NCBI GenBank assembly: GCA_937625935.1 | Contig: OW569375.1 | Coordinates: 186,001-250,000, forward strand | Origin: Tetramitus jugosus | Lineage: Eukaryota > Protista > Heterolobosea | Direction: 5' to 3' | Length of the DNA: 64,000 bases | Shown here: in pieces, positions 54,961 through 64,000 of the stretch | Position numbering within the stretch: the first letter of the stretch is position 1 | Layout: each line of letters opens with the position of its first letter | Notes under the pieces: generated by a model | Told to the model about the DNA's origin: nothing | What the model saw: only the letters and a program-made list of their open reading frames with translations | Databases searched by the model: none | Made by a program: the position numbers and the translations under genes

Positions 54961-56355
54961 ATGCAACAAGCTTTCACACGAAGATGCATGAGTTTTCGCT
55001 CATTGCGACACCACTGCAAGACGAATCACTCATCCTTGCCAAGGATCCTCAACCACCCTCTTTGTTCACCACTCTTCTCAATCAACACCAACAACAATCG
55101 AACATTTGCCACAAAGACAACCAACAAACCATCATCTAACAATCATCTTGTTCTACTAGACAAGGACAATAATAAGGAGACAATCGTAGATAAACAAAGC
55201 ACCAACAAAGACAAGAATGAAAATACCAACCTTTCACCATCCAAAGCTCTCGAAGCTAAAATCATTTCTCTGCTCAATTTTCGAAAGGAAGATCGAGCAC
55301 TTGAACTGATTCAAGAAGTGTTGTCCACTCCCAATGCACCAGCCATTACCCCTAAAGCTTGGATTTTGTTGTTTGAGGTGACACGACCCAACAAGAAAAA
55401 ATACAAGGCGCAATTGCTGAATTTGCTCACGCTTTTGTATGACTCTTGTAGTGGCGGTCAAACCTCCAAAAACGTCGCAACCATCAAAAGTTCCCTCGAA
55501 AGCGCGCCACTTCGATTTTACAGGTCAGTTTTGCGATTGAGTGGTGATTTTGGGCGCGTAGAAGTGGCAAAATTTTGGTTCCAATGCGTGTTGAAGAAAC
55601 AAAAGGAGCTCAACAAGAAGGCTACTGCTACTGTCAGTGATGACAATGTCAATGAGAAGAAAAAAGTTGAAGAACAGCAACAACAAGGCGCATTGGATAT
55701 ACACTGTGTGAATGCATTGTTGCAAGCTTATGGTAACAACAGTGAAACGAACAAGAATAGGTTTGATGAGGCGTTCGAGTTGTTGACCAGTGTGAGGTCA
55801 AAGTATCAATTGAAACCAGATGTTTTTTCGTTTACGATTATGCTCAACATGTGTGAGAGCATGGTTCAATTGAAAACGATACTGTTGTTGATGAAGCGGT
55901 ATCAAGTGATGCCCAATTCGGTGAGTAATACGAGTGTGATACGAATTTTGTTGCAATTGGAGAATAAGGAAGAAGCGATGGCACTGTATCAAAGCATGAA
56001 ACAAAGCTCATTGAATGATCAGAAACCAACAAGTGACACCATTTATCAGTTGATTGTTGGATTTAAGGAGGATGAGACTCAGATTGATTCACTCGTCCAG
56101 GATATGAAAACACTTGGCATTAAGCCAACACGTGCCATGTCGGTCCTTCTCGCTCGCCATTGCACAAAATACAGAGAAGATCTCATTCATCAATTGATTA
56201 CGGAGAGAGTCGATGTCATCGAGAAAGTGAACAAGGATTATCCGAGTGTTTACGCCACGCTGCTTGAAACTCTCAAGGCAACAAACGATGCAAGACTAAG
56301 CAAGGTACAGGGTTGGTTACGCGACATGAACATCAAGATACATAACAAAGCTTAA
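54961..56355 (+). CDS. Pentatricopeptide-repeat (PPR) protein, likely mitochondrial
   Basis: Arg/Ser-rich presequence (MQQAFTRRCMSFRSLR..RTFA) and PPR-like units NALLQAY, LKPDVFSFTIMLN, MPNSVSNTSVI, GIKPT. Confidence 0.85.
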   Translation: MQQAFTRRCMSFRSLRHHCKTNHSSLPRILNHPLCSPLFSINTNNNRTFATKTTNKPSSNNHLVLLDKDNNKETIVDKQSTNKDKNENTNLSPSKALEAKIISLLNFRKEDRALELIQEVLSTPNAPAITPKAWILLFEVTRPNKKKYKAQLLNLLTLLYDSCSGGQTSKNVATIKSSLESAPLRFYRSVLRLSGDFGRVEVAKFWFQCVLKKQKELNKKATATVSDDNVNEKKKVEEQQQQGALDIHCVNALLQAYGNNSETNKNRFDEAFELLTSVRSKYQLKPDVFSFTIMLNMCESMVQLKTILLLMKRYQVMPNSVSNTSVIRILLQLENKEEAMALYQSMKQSSLNDQKPTSDTIYQLIVGFKEDETQIDSLVQDMKTLGIKPTRAMSVLLARHCTKYREDLIHQLITERVDVIEKVNKDYPSVYATLLETLKATNDARLSKVQGWLRDMNIKIHNKA

Positions 56356-56391
56356 GTATCTCAGACCTATTTTCTTTATCTATTTATTCAT

Positions 56392-58143
56392 TTAGTTGCG
56401 CTTTTCAGATAGAATGTGCTCGGCTGCCTTCTCAGCAATCATAATACATGGAGCATTTGTGTTTCCTCCAATCAGATCAGGCATGATAGAAGCATCCACA
56501 ACTCTCAAGTTTTCGGTACCAATAACCTTCAGATTCTTATCGGTGACCTTTCCCATTGCTGCGGTACCAATAGGGTGATAAAGAGTAATGCCAAACTTCT
56601 TGATCGCACGAACAATATCAGCATCGGTCTGATACTGCGAACCTGGTGTAATTTCTTCACCGACAACTTTGCTCAATGGCTCAACCTTCATCATCTTTCT
56701 TATCTCTTTCATTGCATCGACCAATCTGGACATGTCATCATTTTCGGCATCAGAGAAGTATTGAGGGTCGATGATTGGGTGATCGTGTGGATTGTTTGAT
56801 CTCAGTGCAATGAAGCCTTTGGACTTTGGTCTCAACAATACAGCTCCAAATGAAAAGCCATGCTTTCCAGGATGAGCTTTCAGTCCGTGTTCTTCGTAAA
56901 GAGCTGGGAAAGCAACGAATTGAAAATCTGGTTGAGTTTCATTGTTCTTCTTAGCAATGTTCGAGGTCCACATGCCATTAACTTCAGCACCGTTCGATGA
57001 GAAGTGGCCTTCACCTGTAATCAACCACTGGAATACGTGCTTTAGAGCATCTGGAATACTTTCGTCCAATACATGGAACGAAATTGGCTCAACAACAGAT
57101 TGCATAATGCCCAATACGAAGTGATCTTGCAAATTCTGACCTACATGAGCATTGTCAATCACTGTCTGAATACCAAACTTGCTCAACTGTTGTGAATCAC
57201 CAACACCACTCAGCATGAGCAATTGAGGTGTTTGAACAGAGCCTGCTGATAGAATCACTTCCTTGTTTGCCTTCACAACAACAGTGTGAGTCTTTCCACC
57301 CCTCTTAAAGTCAACTTCGACACCAACGACTCTTCTGCTATTCTGTTCATTGGTATTGTCACTGAACAAAACTCTTCTGACATGAGCATTTGTCTTGACG
57401 TGCAGATTCTTTCGCGCCAAAACATCACGAGTCAAGTAAGCTTCTGCTGTAGAGAAACGAACACCATTGACCACAGTTTTCTGATTGTAGCCAACAGAGT
57501 CATTCAGGACACCACTGGTGAAGGCATCACCAATTGGAACTTTGAAATGGTTGCTAGCAGTTTGAACCAACAGCGTAGTCAATGGATGAGGGCTATGTGG
57601 CTTCTGACCTTGAACCTTGGCTTTGGAGAAATAGTCCCATACTTCACGGCCTGACCATCCACTATTCCCGCCCAATTTTTCATCCCATGAATCGTAATCT
57701 TTCAAACTCCCGCGCATATAAATATTGGCGTTCAACGAGGAAGAACCGCCCAAAACTTTACCACGCGGCCAGAAATGAGCTCTCTTCTCATTGGCATCGA
57801 CACTCTGTGGAGTAGTCTCAAAGTTCCAATCATGCTTGGTCTTGAATAGCTTATTGAACAAGAGAGGTGCCTTGATCAACAAGTGATTGTCTTGTGAACC
57901 AGCTTCCAACAACAAGACACTCACGTCCTGTGAAGCAGACAGCCTGGATGCAAGTGTGGCTCCAGAACTACCTGCTCCAATGATAATGTAATCAAATGAT
58001 TCATATCTTTGATCAGGGATCGTGTTGTTGATGGCTCTAGGGGTCCAGAACAAAAATCTTGGTGACTGGAAGGCAAAGTAAGACAAGAGAAGAGCAAGTG
58101 TAACAACGCTCAACGCTGTTCGGAACAGAAAACGAAAAATCAT
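56392..58143 (-). CDS. GMC oxidoreductase (choline dehydrogenase-like), N-terminal membrane anchor
   Basis: FDYIIIGAGSSGATLASRL, WPRGKVLGGSSSLNANIYMRG, EVILSAG..PQLLMLSGVG, NLQDH, YHPIGT, LRVVDASIMP..GNTNAP. Confidence 0.96.
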   Translation of the reverse strand: MIFRFLFRTALSVVTLALLLSYFAFQSPRFLFWTPRAINNTIPDQRYESFDYIIIGAGSSGATLASRLSASQDVSVLLLEAGSQDNHLLIKAPLLFNKLFKTKHDWNFETTPQSVDANEKRAHFWPRGKVLGGSSSLNANIYMRGSLKDYDSWDEKLGGNSGWSGREVWDYFSKAKVQGQKPHSPHPLTTLLVQTASNHFKVPIGDAFTSGVLNDSVGYNQKTVVNGVRFSTAEAYLTRDVLARKNLHVKTNAHVRRVLFSDNTNEQNSRRVVGVEVDFKRGGKTHTVVVKANKEVILSAGSVQTPQLLMLSGVGDSQQLSKFGIQTVIDNAHVGQNLQDHFVLGIMQSVVEPISFHVLDESIPDALKHVFQWLITGEGHFSSNGAEVNGMWTSNIAKKNNETQPDFQFVAFPALYEEHGLKAHPGKHGFSFGAVLLRPKSKGFIALRSNNPHDHPIIDPQYFSDAENDDMSRLVDAMKEIRKMMKVEPLSKVVGEEITPGSQYQTDADIVRAIKKFGITLYHPIGTAAMGKVTDKNLKVIGTENLRVVDASIMPDLIGGNTNAPCIMIAEKAAEHILSEKRN

Positions 58144-58293
58144 TCTTGTGTATGTGTGGTTGTTTTTTGACAAGTACTCACTTCTCAAACGGAAGTGCGA
58201 TATTCGCGTTTCGGGAAAGGAAATTTCGAACCACGACTGAATCAGATTGCATTTAGGTTCATTTTATTTGTAGTTGTTGTGTTGAACTAAAGT

Positions 58294-59130
58294 TCACTCT
58301 TGTTGCCCGAGTGCTAGGGCATAGAATCCTTCCTCACCTGCATAACAAATCTCATAACCATCCAAATCTTGAACAATGATTACTTCGACATCAGCCTTCT
58401 CAGGAGTGTGAAGTACAATAGGACCTGTGACAATCGAAATCTTGTTTTGTTGAGCAATCTCATGAATCTTGGAGACAGATGGTGTTGCAATGGCCAATCG
58501 ACCAAATGCCTCTCCATGCACCAATTCTACACCAGACTCCAACTGGACAAACTCCAACTTTGTCTGGTTCGGAGCATAACCAATCAGAATGGATTTCTCA
58601 TCACGTCTAAACACCTTCATGCCCAACCAGTCAACATAGAATCTTTGAACCTTGTCAAGATCAGTTGTTGACAATGAAACATACAACACAGGATCTACAT
58701 CAGAATTGGCATGAACACTCGTATCAATCTCACTCTGTGGAACGAGTAAATAGGAGAATTGATCAGGATCTTTAACGATACTAGTGTTATCTTCACTGCT
58801 TGTGGCTTTTGTTCTGAGATCCTTGGTACGATCAGCCAATGCATCATCCATACGAATGGCAATATGTCTAAAATCATTGCCCAATTGATAGCCCTTGATA
58901 CCAAAGTTGGCTGTTAGCTCTAAAACAAAGTGAGTGTCCTCTCTACCAAAACCAATCATTGTCTTTGTCCAACCGACTCTATATCTACCATTGCAGAATG
59001 CTTCACATCCCTCTGTGAACAACTCATGTCTCTGCTCAGTCATTCCAAACACATTCTCATAGAATTGCTTTGATGTTTTGTAGTTGCCAATCTTGTGGAC
59101 CCAGTGAAGTGCTCTTGCTCTCTCTGTCAT
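58294..59130 (-). CDS. GLOD4: Glyoxalase domain-containing protein 4
   Basis: RALHWVHKIG..RHELFTEGCEAFCNG..WTKTMIGFGREDTHFVLELT.NFG..YQLGNDF; AFGRLA; LHTPEKADV..DGYEICY. Confidence 0.93.
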   Translation of the reverse strand: MTERARALHWVHKIGNYKTSKQFYENVFGMTEQRHELFTEGCEAFCNGRYRVGWTKTMIGFGREDTHFVLELTANFGIKGYQLGNDFRHIAIRMDDALADRTKDLRTKATSSEDNTSIVKDPDQFSYLLVPQSEIDTSVHANSDVDPVLYVSLSTTDLDKVQRFYVDWLGMKVFRRDEKSILIGYAPNQTKLEFVQLESGVELVHGEAFGRLAIATPSVSKIHEIAQQNKISIVTGPIVLHTPEKADVEVIIVQDLDGYEICYAGEEGFYALALGQQE

Positions 59131-59507
59131 AATGTTGTTTCAAGTGTGATCGAGTTCTGTATCCGTTGTTTTGTGTCGTGGCTTTTGAGGTTAGTCGGTG
59201 CTTGAATTTCCAAGTTCAATCAATCGAATGAACACCGAATTGGAACGCTTTCTCCGCATCTGATTGGAAGTTTTTCGGGTAGTCGGGACTTGCGGAGTCT
59301 CACAATTCGCAGCTTCAGATATCTCGAACAAGGACTTGAGACAAAATCTGTGAGTGATTCTTCCAGACTATTCGAACGTCCTTTGACTTGGCATCTCCCT
59401 CCTGTTTCCTACTAAAAGCCGGATGCCCGTCATATTCCCAAGAGAAACAACACAGCTGACAAAACATAAACAAGCTAGTATCCGAATACCTTTCACTTCA
59501 TAACAGA

Positions 59508-60272
59508 ATGTCACTACAAACAGAAACCATTGAGTGTGATGCTGCTCTTCACTGGAGCAACCAATTCCAAATGATAGAACAGAGACTTCAGTCTCTTGAA
59601 GTAGAGAACCAACAATTGAAACAGAGCAATCTTCGAATGGAATTAGAGCTGCAGCAATGCAAAAACTCTCAAATCTCGCTGTTGAAGATTGTTAAGTCAT
59701 TGATGCCTGCTTCCCTCCAAAACGACAATAACTTATCAGTTTCTAAGGAATTAGACTCTTACTCTCCCAACACGAAGAAACAATCAGACTACCCATCGCG
59801 AATTGGACTGTTTAGTGTAAATAGAAACAAGGAATCAAGTATTGTGGAAGATTATTTGTACGAAAAGTTTCCAAACATAATATTCCCTTATAATCAAGAT
59901 GAAAACAATAGAGGTGAATTTAAACTGGTTTTCATTTTATTCTCTCGAGGCTCGAGCTCCCTTCGCAACATACTCCAAGCTCAAGAATTACTCGAATTTC
60001 AAGGCAACCTGAGCAAGTGTTGGTTCTTGTGTGCACATTACAGTATATGGGATGATAAGTGCAGTTACAGCGAACTATTGGAGAGATTTAATAGCTTGGG
60101 TGTACTTCAGTTCAATGTGTGGAGTGGAAAGATTGAAACAAAGAGTTCACCTACAACCACTCAATCTCTGCAAAAGATTGAAAACCTTGTGCAATCGTCA
60201 CCAACCAAACGGTTCTCAAACATATTTCGTAGTCTATCCTTCTCCAACCTTGCTCGAAACCTCGATGTATGA
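59508..60272 (+). CDS. Hypothetical protein with N-terminal coiled coil
   Basis: 254-aa ATG ORF with a heptad pattern (IEQRLQSLEVENQQLKQSN). No family recognised. Confidence 0.7.
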   Translation: MSLQTETIECDAALHWSNQFQMIEQRLQSLEVENQQLKQSNLRMELELQQCKNSQISLLKIVKSLMPASLQNDNNLSVSKELDSYSPNTKKQSDYPSRIGLFSVNRNKESSIVEDYLYEKFPNIIFPYNQDENNRGEFKLVFILFSRGSSSLRNILQAQELLEFQGNLSKCWFLCAHYSIWDDKCSYSELLERFNSLGVLQFNVWSGKIETKSSPTTTQSLQKIENLVQSSPTKRFSNIFRSLSFSNLARNLDV

Positions 60273-60414
60273 AGGAGTTTATAACCCTTATTTATCGGAT
60301 AATAAAATTTCCACAAAAAATCTCCTCCGGAACATTTTGCTCGCATTGGTTTTGCCATGCTTGAATCCCCCTTGCGTTTCCTTTCAAACAATAGAAAAGC
60401 AACCAATACAAATC

Positions 60415-61692
60415 ATGCTAATCCTCTTGAGTAGTCTCGCTATCATTGCTCTCATTCTTGCTTCAATACACCACATTAGACGAATCAAGGACGACTGGGT
60501 CCGAATCTCCTGCCAACTCTCACCCAAGAATGTGAAATTTTTGGCGGCATCGCAACTTTTACCGATGACAACTACGGCTCAATTCTCCGGAAAAGAAAAT
60601 GAAACGAAAAACGGTGAAGAGCTCACCAATTTCAAGAGTGACATTGCCTATCAAGTTCCACTTCTCTGGGGATCGAATCCTCACTTGCAAAATGTGTTCT
60701 CATCCGTGATTCGATCCAATCCCAAGATCCAATACAAGAGAGAAGTGATACCTGATCCATTGTATGAAGAACCCATTTGTTTGGATTGGGCCTATTCAAG
60801 CATTGATCAAGGCAAGGAATGGACTGTTCCAACACTTGTTATTCTACCTGGAATCACTGGAAGCATCACTGCAAGCTATGTCAACCATTTTGTGAGATAC
60901 TTTCATCATCGCTATCGCATTGTGGTGTACACGAGACCTGGTTGTGACCCGAGCACTCCGATCGTGCATCACAGATTCCGATTGAATTCGCACACACGAA
61001 CTATTCACACCATTTTGACTCATGTGGATCAATCGTGTCAACACAAGTCACCATTGCTTGTTGCTTCGTTTTCTGCTGGAGGCCAAAACATTGCCAGGTA
61101 TTTGGTGGAGTACGGAGATGAAGCCAATCAAAACTTGATTGGATGCTTTGCAGTGTGCAATCCATTCAACACGATTGCAACTGTCAATGGATTGACAGAA
61201 TATCCATTGATTGATCGAGTAATGACAGAGAACATTAAGCAAATCATTTGGAGAAACTACAAGGTGTTTGAAACATTTGAAAAAACATTTGCAGAGGATG
61301 TCGAAGATCGATTCAATTTACAAAATTTGAAGAGGATAAACTCGCTGAAGGACTTGGATCAAAAGCTCACCAAGTATCTGCACAATTATAAAAGTGTAGA
61401 AGAGGAATATTATGTGCCAACATCAGTCAACGAGGAAGATTTAGCAAAGATTAAGCGACGAATCGTATTCCTTCACGCAAATGACGACCAAGTCGTCCAA
61501 AGTCCATACGTGCCCAGAGGAACCACTGGCAATGACAACGTCATCTTATTGTCAACAAAGTACGGATCCCACTGCTCATATGCCATGATGCAGAGCAGCA
61601 CACTCCCGTTCATGCCTCACACGGATTCTTTTATGGAGGTCATGGGTGACAAGATTCTGTCAGCATTCGTTGCCCAGCATCGCAAAAATTAG
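60415..61692 (+). CDS. ABHD1/2/3 / YheT-family alpha/beta hydrolase with N-terminal TM
   Basis: NPHLQ, CLDW, LPGITGS..YV, SFSAGG (Ser), CNPF, ANDDQVV (Asp), GSHCSY (His). The start was set at the TM-initiating ATG. Confidence 0.88.
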   Translation: MLILLSSLAIIALILASIHHIRRIKDDWVRISCQLSPKNVKFLAASQLLPMTTTAQFSGKENETKNGEELTNFKSDIAYQVPLLWGSNPHLQNVFSSVIRSNPKIQYKREVIPDPLYEEPICLDWAYSSIDQGKEWTVPTLVILPGITGSITASYVNHFVRYFHHRYRIVVYTRPGCDPSTPIVHHRFRLNSHTRTIHTILTHVDQSCQHKSPLLVASFSAGGQNIARYLVEYGDEANQNLIGCFAVCNPFNTIATVNGLTEYPLIDRVMTENIKQIIWRNYKVFETFEKTFAEDVEDRFNLQNLKRINSLKDLDQKLTKYLHNYKSVEEEYYVPTSVNEEDLAKIKRRIVFLHANDDQVVQSPYVPRGTTGNDNVILLSTKYGSHCSYAMMQSSTLPFMPHTDSFMEVMGDKILSAFVAQHRKN

Positions 61693-62169
61693 GAGGAAAC
61701 CCCTTGGGAAATTTTTTGTTGTAGTTGCGAGGAGATATCCTGAGTCCACTTCAGAATCTGACCATCGTTTGTGACACCTAATTCGTTTCTTCCCCGAATA
61801 GAAACTCCATTTCTCCCGCTGACTTTTCCGGAGTTGCGGAGTTGGAGTTAGCTCAATGTCCCTCTCAAAGACTCCGTTCTCCTTAGTGTACTCCGAAGGA
61901 TACCTATGAGCCAGAACATGTGGGCAAAGAAAACGGGGCGACTGTTGCACAAACAAGACACATATCTCTGCCCAAAGCTACTACCCAGACAATACACACA
62001 CACCAAACAGATTATTTCCTTCACCGGTTAAACTCTTGTACATACCTCCAAAGTTTCCACTCTTTTTGACCTCGCTCAGCCGTGACTCTTTTCATCTCAA
62101 CAACCAGACAAATTCTTCTTGTCCAGTCTTTTCATCAGTCACACTACCACAAGGGATATCTCTATCCAC

Positions 62170-63744
62170 ATGTCAATAACAACCACAACCAATAGTATAT
62201 CGAATCACACGAACAAGAACAACAATACAATGAGCAATCATAGCAAAACTGTACTGCCAGCCATTTCTCAACAGTTTCACATTGGATATCCAATGTCGTC
62301 TGAACCGCAATTCACTGTTGATCAACCGCAATTCAAATTCTGTAAAAAGCGCAAGGAATTCTTCTCCAACGAATATGACCCCATCTGGTATAAATCTCCA
62401 TACAAGTACAATATGAGAATGAAGATTACGTCTTCTAAAAATTGTCTCACTGATGATTTGTTTACTCGGTTAGTGGTGACTCACGATGATGGAACTCCAG
62501 TCAAATTCAAGGGAGAAACCATTACATTTAGTCATTCAACAACAGCAACAACAGCAGCAACAGCAACTGCTACAACGATAGCAACTGCAGCTGCTGTCAA
62601 TACACAACAAACTGACTCTGAATCAGAGGAAGAAAAGCTAGTGACCGTGGCTTCACCTGTCGTCAGGAAGAGAGCTAGACAAAGTACACCAACATGCCAT
62701 CATGAGCTCAAAGTAGGACCATTCCAATTCAATGTCTGCTCCTACAAGTTTGATGGCAAGAAATTTAGGTTGTCGATTCACGTTTTCCAAAAATTGACAA
62801 GTGCTTCCTCGACGACAGAAAGAGAAGTTTGTGTTCTGACGTCTCCAGCCTTCTTGATCAAGGCGAAAAAACCAATTGCCAAACCAGGAATCAAGTCGAA
62901 CAAGAGGAATTTTGATGAGATGAACAACGGCGCACATTCAGGAGAATTTACGCCTAGTTCACCAACGTCTCCCTCGGCGGCTGCTGCTTCGACGATTGCA
63001 GCTCCTGCGAACTCCATGCCAACTTCTCCATCCGCTAGTATGGCTGCCACCTCTGGTAACTCCTCTCCTTCGTTGATGCTCCCAAATTCATCATTCTATC
63101 CAAATCATCCATACTTCTTCAACAGCCTCGAGAGCTACGAAATGCAAAAGCAACTGCTCGAGAGTCAATTGTATCAATTTGGATATGTGCTCAATAATTT
63201 AATGAGTCAACAACAGACAATTGTTCCACCCTCGACAGGTGCCTTCTCGATGGGTCCCTCAGCTGAAATGTATGCTGCTACTCCTTCTCCATACAGCACC
63301 ATAACGACAACTGAGGCAAACAAGAGACAAAAGCTGTCATCTCCATCCGAATACAGCACTGAAGTGATCATGAATCCTTCGATGGTGCCACAAATGTTTA
63401 ACCAGTACTTGTCACCCAGCCCACAACCAATGTACTACTCCATTGTGCCTCCATCCATGTTTGACATGTGTGCTGCTGTCCAAGCTCCCCTTTCTGCCTC
63501 GAATCCCTCTGCCCTTCCTCCAGCTATAGCCCCTCAAACCACAACTCCACCAACTGTTGCTCCACCAGTTATGGACGAGATTGGTGCCTATTTGGTAATG
63601 GACAATACATTTGACCAACCAAATAATCTTTGTGCGATGGATGTCAAGTTGTTTGACTCCATTGACACTGGATACCCAGTTAAGTCTGAGCTGATCGATT
63701 TTGATTTTGACCTACCCTCCCAAGGCCAACTATTCTTGCTCTAG
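62170..63744 (+). CDS. Putative transcription factor with CudA/STAT-like Ig-fold DNA-binding domain
   Basis: Beta-rich core GPFQFNVCSYKFDGKKFRLSI..LTSPAFLIKAKKP, basic NLS-like patches and an S/P/Q/M-rich C-terminal region. Confidence 0.6.
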   Translation: MSITTTTNSISNHTNKNNNTMSNHSKTVLPAISQQFHIGYPMSSEPQFTVDQPQFKFCKKRKEFFSNEYDPIWYKSPYKYNMRMKITSSKNCLTDDLFTRLVVTHDDGTPVKFKGETITFSHSTTATTAATATATTIATAAAVNTQQTDSESEEEKLVTVASPVVRKRARQSTPTCHHELKVGPFQFNVCSYKFDGKKFRLSIHVFQKLTSASSTTEREVCVLTSPAFLIKAKKPIAKPGIKSNKRNFDEMNNGAHSGEFTPSSPTSPSAAAASTIAAPANSMPTSPSASMAATSGNSSPSLMLPNSSFYPNHPYFFNSLESYEMQKQLLESQLYQFGYVLNNLMSQQQTIVPPSTGAFSMGPSAEMYAATPSPYSTITTTEANKRQKLSSPSEYSTEVIMNPSMVPQMFNQYLSPSPQPMYYSIVPPSMFDMCAAVQAPLSASNPSALPPAIAPQTTTPPTVAPPVMDEIGAYLVMDNTFDQPNNLCAMDVKLFDSIDTGYPVKSELIDFDFDLPSQGQLFLL

Positions 63745-64000
63745 AGAATACCTGAAGTTGGCCTTGATTGTACATACGAACTTCAAACAATTTTGCAAGC
63801 GGTACTCAAGTAATTTTGTGTAAATATCCTTCATCAAAATATTGTTTTTCTTCAAGTCTTGTTGTATACACTCATAGTTTGTGATATGTTGTTGTAATTG
63901 TTTTGTAAAGTAACTCCTCTTTGCCGGAAGCGGATGGAAGTCTGCCTCTAAAAATAGTGAATACGCATCAGCAAAAAAAATTCATTCCTGCTTGGAACCG

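Noticed and set aside
60031-60414. Apparent 240-bp overlap between the 59508-60272 ORF and the hydrolase ORF
   Set aside because: It depends on a non-ATG start. The hydrolase plausibly begins at ATG 60415, and an AATAAA follows the upstream stop. Other TTG/GTG extensions (3756, 19768, 37961, 40790, 62119) were trimmed likewise.
1-64000. Alternative genetic code or stop-codon reassignment
   Set aside because: Long conserved genes have no in-frame stops once GT-AG introns are removed, and TAA, TAG and TGA all end recognisable proteins.
1-64000. Minor (U12) or non-canonical introns
   Set aside because: All 15 resolved introns are GT-AG with U2-type donors; none has RTATCCTT.
1-64000. CRISPR array, rRNA, intact transposon or endogenous virus
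   Set aside because: No spaced repeat array, rRNA sequence, or transposase, reverse-transcriptase or capsid motifs were seen. The repeats are simple trinucleotide tracts.

Overview
Gene-dense, AT-rich eukaryotic (protist) nuclear DNA. It holds about 38 protein-coding genes on both strands, 15 short canonical GT-AG introns (58-259 bp) resolved by hand, one tRNA-Asn(GTT), very short intergenic gaps and many poly-Q/N/T/S tracts. The standard code is used, with TAA, TAG and TGA all terminating genes. Gene content (CFAP300, a dynein-type thioredoxin, IQCC, a tectonin, class I PI3K, a CudA-like factor) suggests an amoeboflagellate, plausibly a heterolobosean; this is inference only. Recognisable genes include CCT1, proteasome beta1, COPE, hormone-sensitive lipase, PI3K, GH47 mannosidase, WDR6, kinesin-14, MRS2, RNF10, a UBX protein, a PPR protein, a GMC oxidoreductase and GLOD4. 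No intact transposon, rRNA or CRISPR array was seen. The best leads are (1) a viral-tegument-like (VTD) deubiquitinase, (2) a CH + 5 filamin repeats + IQGAP-type RasGAP fusion, (3) a structured, potentially pseudoknotted non-coding element between a Csm1-like gene and a KIF25-like kinesin, (4) a candidate intronic guide RNA with a distal branch point in the proteasome beta1 intron, (5) functionally matched head-to-head gene pairs with E2F-like GCGC motifs, and (6) a divergent CCT/BBS-like chaperonin. All family calls come from motif recognition by eye; no database search was run.
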